A stretch of 64,000 nt of DNA, from NCBI GenBank assembly GCA_963677595.1, contig OY782041.1:2112001-2176000 (forward strand), written 5' to 3'. The stretch comes from Spirochaetia bacterium (GTDB lineage Bacteria > Spirochaetota > Spirochaetia > CAKZLE01). The number at the start of each line of letters is the position of its first letter. Within the stretch, counting starts at the first letter, position 1. Both the position numbers and the translations under genes were made by a program. Below the pieces are notes generated by a model. It was not told the DNA's origin. It made no database searches and saw nothing but the letters and a program-made list of their open reading frames with translations. This document shows positions 61,923-64,000 of the stretch, in pieces.

Positions 61923-61994
61923 GTAAGAGAAGTATAGTGATTTTACCCTCGTTGCGCAACGTATCGGGACAGGGTTCTCTGATAAAAAGAGACG

Positions 61995-62198
61995 AGAAAA
62001 GGGATCCGCCAACGGTGGATCCCTTTGAAAGTATAGCTAAACATGAACAAGGAGGTATGGATTACGTATGTACACTTCATGCCAGTCTCATGGTTTCCGG
62101 CAGTCATGTATGGGAGTAAGAGGTGAGGCAGCTTTTACTGCACCGATCTCCGTATGCCTCCTGTCCTGGTATGGCGATCAGTCCTCTTGAATCCCTCT
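61995..62198 (-). ncRNA. Candidate small RNA (~200 nt), no family recognised
   Basis: TTGCCT(62233-62228)-17-TATATT(62210-62205) promoter and strong terminator at 61998-62026; no credible ORF between them. Confidence 0.5.
61998..62026 (-). terminator. Intrinsic terminator upstream of the pyrG promoter
   Basis: AAAGGGATCCACC-GTT-GGCGGATCCCTTT followed by a pyrimidine-rich tract. Confidence 0.8.
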
Positions 62199-62239
62199 AT
62201 ATTCAATATAAATGGTGGGGAGCCCAAAGGCAAGGGTTT

Positions 62240-62254
62240 TTGTAATGATTACAA
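62240..62254. promoter_or_regulatory. Second copy of the PerR/Fur-like palindrome
   Basis: TTGTAATGATTACAA, identical to 40391-40405. Confidence 0.7.
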
Positions 62255-62274
62255 TTTAAAAGATTGGTTTCATC

Positions 62275-63084
62275 CTACAGCAGTGCATCTACCCAGTCAC
62301 GGGGGTGGGCGGTGCGGGGCCGAAAGAACTGTACCGGGATGCGGGGTTCCAGATGCCGGGAGAGGAAGCCCGAGACCAGTGGGGGAAAGCGGTAGGCTAT
62401 CTTCCTGGCATTTGCGGGGCATGAGTCTACGCAGGCATAGCAGCGCAGGCAAGAGCCTTTCGCGATAGCGAAGGTCTTCTTCTCAATGATCCCGATCGGG
62501 CAGGCCCGTACACACCTGCCGCAGCGGGTGCAGGCATCCAAGTCAACCTTCGGTTCCCGTGCGAGGAGCCGGTGGCTGTTCTCGGGCATGACCAGGCTCA
62601 TGAAGTCAGGCTTCGTCGGTGTCCGCAGCTCTTCCGGTTTCCCGTTTCTCAAGATCTCGAAGTCCTCGATGTCAGGTCGGCCGACTCCCAGGGGTACCTG
62701 TTCGATGGCAAAGGAGTGGCGGGCGATCGCGGCGATGCTGCAGAAGGGGGAGAGCCCCATCGAGGCTGCGAGCTGCTCGAACTCCAGGAGCACGGCCCCG
62801 AACTCGACCTGCCCGTAGCTGACGAGGCAGACAGTCGGGACCGAGGTGCCGTGGAACTTCTTCAACCGTTCAACAGCCGGTTTCGGCAGGTGACCGTTAT
62901 AGACCGGGGCTGCCAGGACGATGAGGTCAGCGCTCAGGTCCTCCTCGGCAGGTATCTCCTTCGAGGTTGTGATGTCGATCTCGCGGATCGAGGCTGCGGG
63001 ATACCTGCTGCAGAACCCCCTGACGCAGGAACGTGTCCCTCCCGTGGGGGAGAAGGTGATCGTTATGATGGACTGGACGCTCAT
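62275..63084 (-). CDS. EFR1-type flavodoxin-ferredoxin fusion protein
   Basis: FSPTGGT and APVY flavodoxin motifs plus two CxxCxxCxxxCP. Confidence 0.82.
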   Translation of the reverse strand: MSVQSIITITFSPTGGTRSCVRGFCSRYPAASIREIDITTSKEIPAEEDLSADLIVLAAPVYNGHLPKPAVERLKKFHGTSVPTVCLVSYGQVEFGAVLLEFEQLAASMGLSPFCSIAAIARHSFAIEQVPLGVGRPDIEDFEILRNGKPEELRTPTKPDFMSLVMPENSHRLLAREPKVDLDACTRCGRCVRACPIGIIEKKTFAIAKGSCLRCYACVDSCPANARKIAYRFPPLVSGFLSRHLEPRIPVQFFRPRTAHPRDWVDALL

Positions 63085-63085
63085 G

Positions 63086-63814
63086 CTATTTCTTCGGCGG
63101 TGCTGCATGCTCGATGATATAGGAGAGGTTCTCCGCGAACGGGGGATTCTCCCTCCTGATATCCTGCAGGTAGGCAGCCGTGTCGTAGGTGACGCGCTTC
63201 TGGATCGGGAAGACCCCGTCGCCGGTGATGTCGACGATGCCGTAGCCGGCTCTCCGGTCGCTGTCGAAGGAGTAACCGATCGCCCCGAAGTTGATCACCT
63301 GCATGTCCCCGAGCATGAACTGTCCCGGCAGGTGGGTGTGGCCGCAGAAGAGTGTCTGGAGCTCGAGGTCGAGGATCTGCCGCTTCGAGGCACCGCTCAG
63401 GTCATCCCCAGTCATCTTCTCCTCGAAGTCCATCGGGGTACCGTGGCAGAACCCGATGGGTTCTTCCTCCATGAGGCGCTGCTCGAAGATCTCCCAGGAG
63501 GAGATCTCATCGAGGGCGCTCCCCGGTACCTGCGCTGCGGCATACGCATCGAGGAGCTGTGCGTACTGTTCATTCGGGGCAGTGGGTTCGGGGTTCATGA
63601 GGAAGTACTCGTGGAAGCCGTCGGTGTTACCCTTGATGCAAATGTCAGGTTCGAGATCGGAGAGCAGGTCCCAGCACTCCCTGGGGTAGAGCCCGTTGAT
63701 GATGAGGTCGCCGAGGAAGATGACCTGGTCAGGCTTCTCCCTCCTGAGGTCCTTCACGACCGCCTCGAATGCATAGATATTCGCATGGATATCAGAAAGG
63801 ACAGCTAACCGCAT
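63086..63814 (-). CDS. Calcineurin-like metallophosphoesterase
   Basis: SDIHAN, LGDL, KGNTD, CHG and GHTH motifs. Confidence 0.9.
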   Translation of the reverse strand: MRLAVLSDIHANIYAFEAVVKDLRREKPDQVIFLGDLIINGLYPRECWDLLSDLEPDICIKGNTDGFHEYFLMNPEPTAPNEQYAQLLDAYAAAQVPGSALDEISSWEIFEQRLMEEEPIGFCHGTPMDFEEKMTGDDLSGASKRQILDLELQTLFCGHTHLPGQFMLGDMQVINFGAIGYSFDSDRRAGYGIVDITGDGVFPIQKRVTYDTAAYLQDIRRENPPFAENLSYIIEHAAPPKK

Positions 63815-63815
63815 A

Positions 63816-63998
63816 TCATTCCTCCCGGTCCTGGTGGATCCCTGTGATCACCGGCTGATAGGTCTTCTTCTTGATCAGCCCGAATATATATCCTATAAGA
63901 AAACCTGCTGCAAGTCCAATGAATCCTCCGAGTGCCTGCAGGCCATCCCCGGCGCCGGGGACGGCTGCCCGGACTCCCAGCAGCCCTGCGAGGAAGAG
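63816..63998 (-). CDS. C-terminal part of a small membrane protein, probably RseC/MucC family (truncated by the window edge)
   Basis: Manual translation LFLAGLLGV...LGGFIGLAAGFLIGYIFGLIKKKTYQPVITGI: two TM segments, basic residues, then PxI. Confidence 0.55.
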   Translation of the reverse strand, partial: LFLAGLLGVRAAVPGAGDGLQALGGFIGLAAGFLIGYIFGLIKKKTYQPVITGIHQDREE

Positions 63999-64000
63999 GA

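Noticed and set aside
62048-62190. Small plus-strand peptide after AAGGAGG
   Set aside because: SD-to-ATG spacing is 1 nt or 12 nt, no plus-strand promoter is evident and the peptides lack features; the minus-strand RNA reading fits better, although this is not fully excluded.

Overview
A chromosomal, mostly housekeeping window from a GC-rich anaerobic bacterium. The pyrG-lptC-lptA-lptB-rpoN-hpf block and the parE/parC type suggest Spirochaetota; this is inference. Content in order: GH114-like hydrolase (5' truncated), acyltransferase-like protein, nitroreductase, tandem GNAT, DUF5320-NifX-NifX cluster, AraC-xylB-xylA, osmC, parE-parC-rluA, a receiver-domain/PEP-synthase-like protein divergent from gdhA, class II RNR nrdJ, MFS, an Nqr/Rnf-type operon with no NqrA/RnfC, a dpp ABC system plus two orphan permeases, PFOR, an oxidative-stress cluster (rubrerythrin, desulfoferrodoxin, ferritin, rubredoxin, nitroreductase) next to a degenerate WYL regulator, Mrp-Nudix-SIMPL, gpsA, class III RNR (nrdD-thioredoxin-nrdG) preceded by a CXXC microprotein/polyferredoxin pair, ABC-F, an AdhR-like MerR with its ADH, a small AT-rich islet with two antitoxins and a chimeric toxin remnant, and the rpoN/lpt/pyrG block. 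I saw no rRNA, tRNA, CRISPR array or transposase. The most notable unexplained signals are: (1) a ~200-nt promoter/terminator-bounded candidate sRNA carrying the same 15-bp PerR/Fur-like palindrome as the superoxide-reductase/ferritin promoter; (2) widespread leaderless-mRNA promoter geometry; (3) a thioredoxin-type class III RNR beside a possible membrane disulfide-reducing module; (4) the NqrA-less Nqr complex; (5) the receiver/ATP-grasp protein paired with gdhA; (6) one deletion that apparently removed two toxins; (7) a ~45-nt tiny transcription unit. All family assignments come from reading motifs; no database searches were run.
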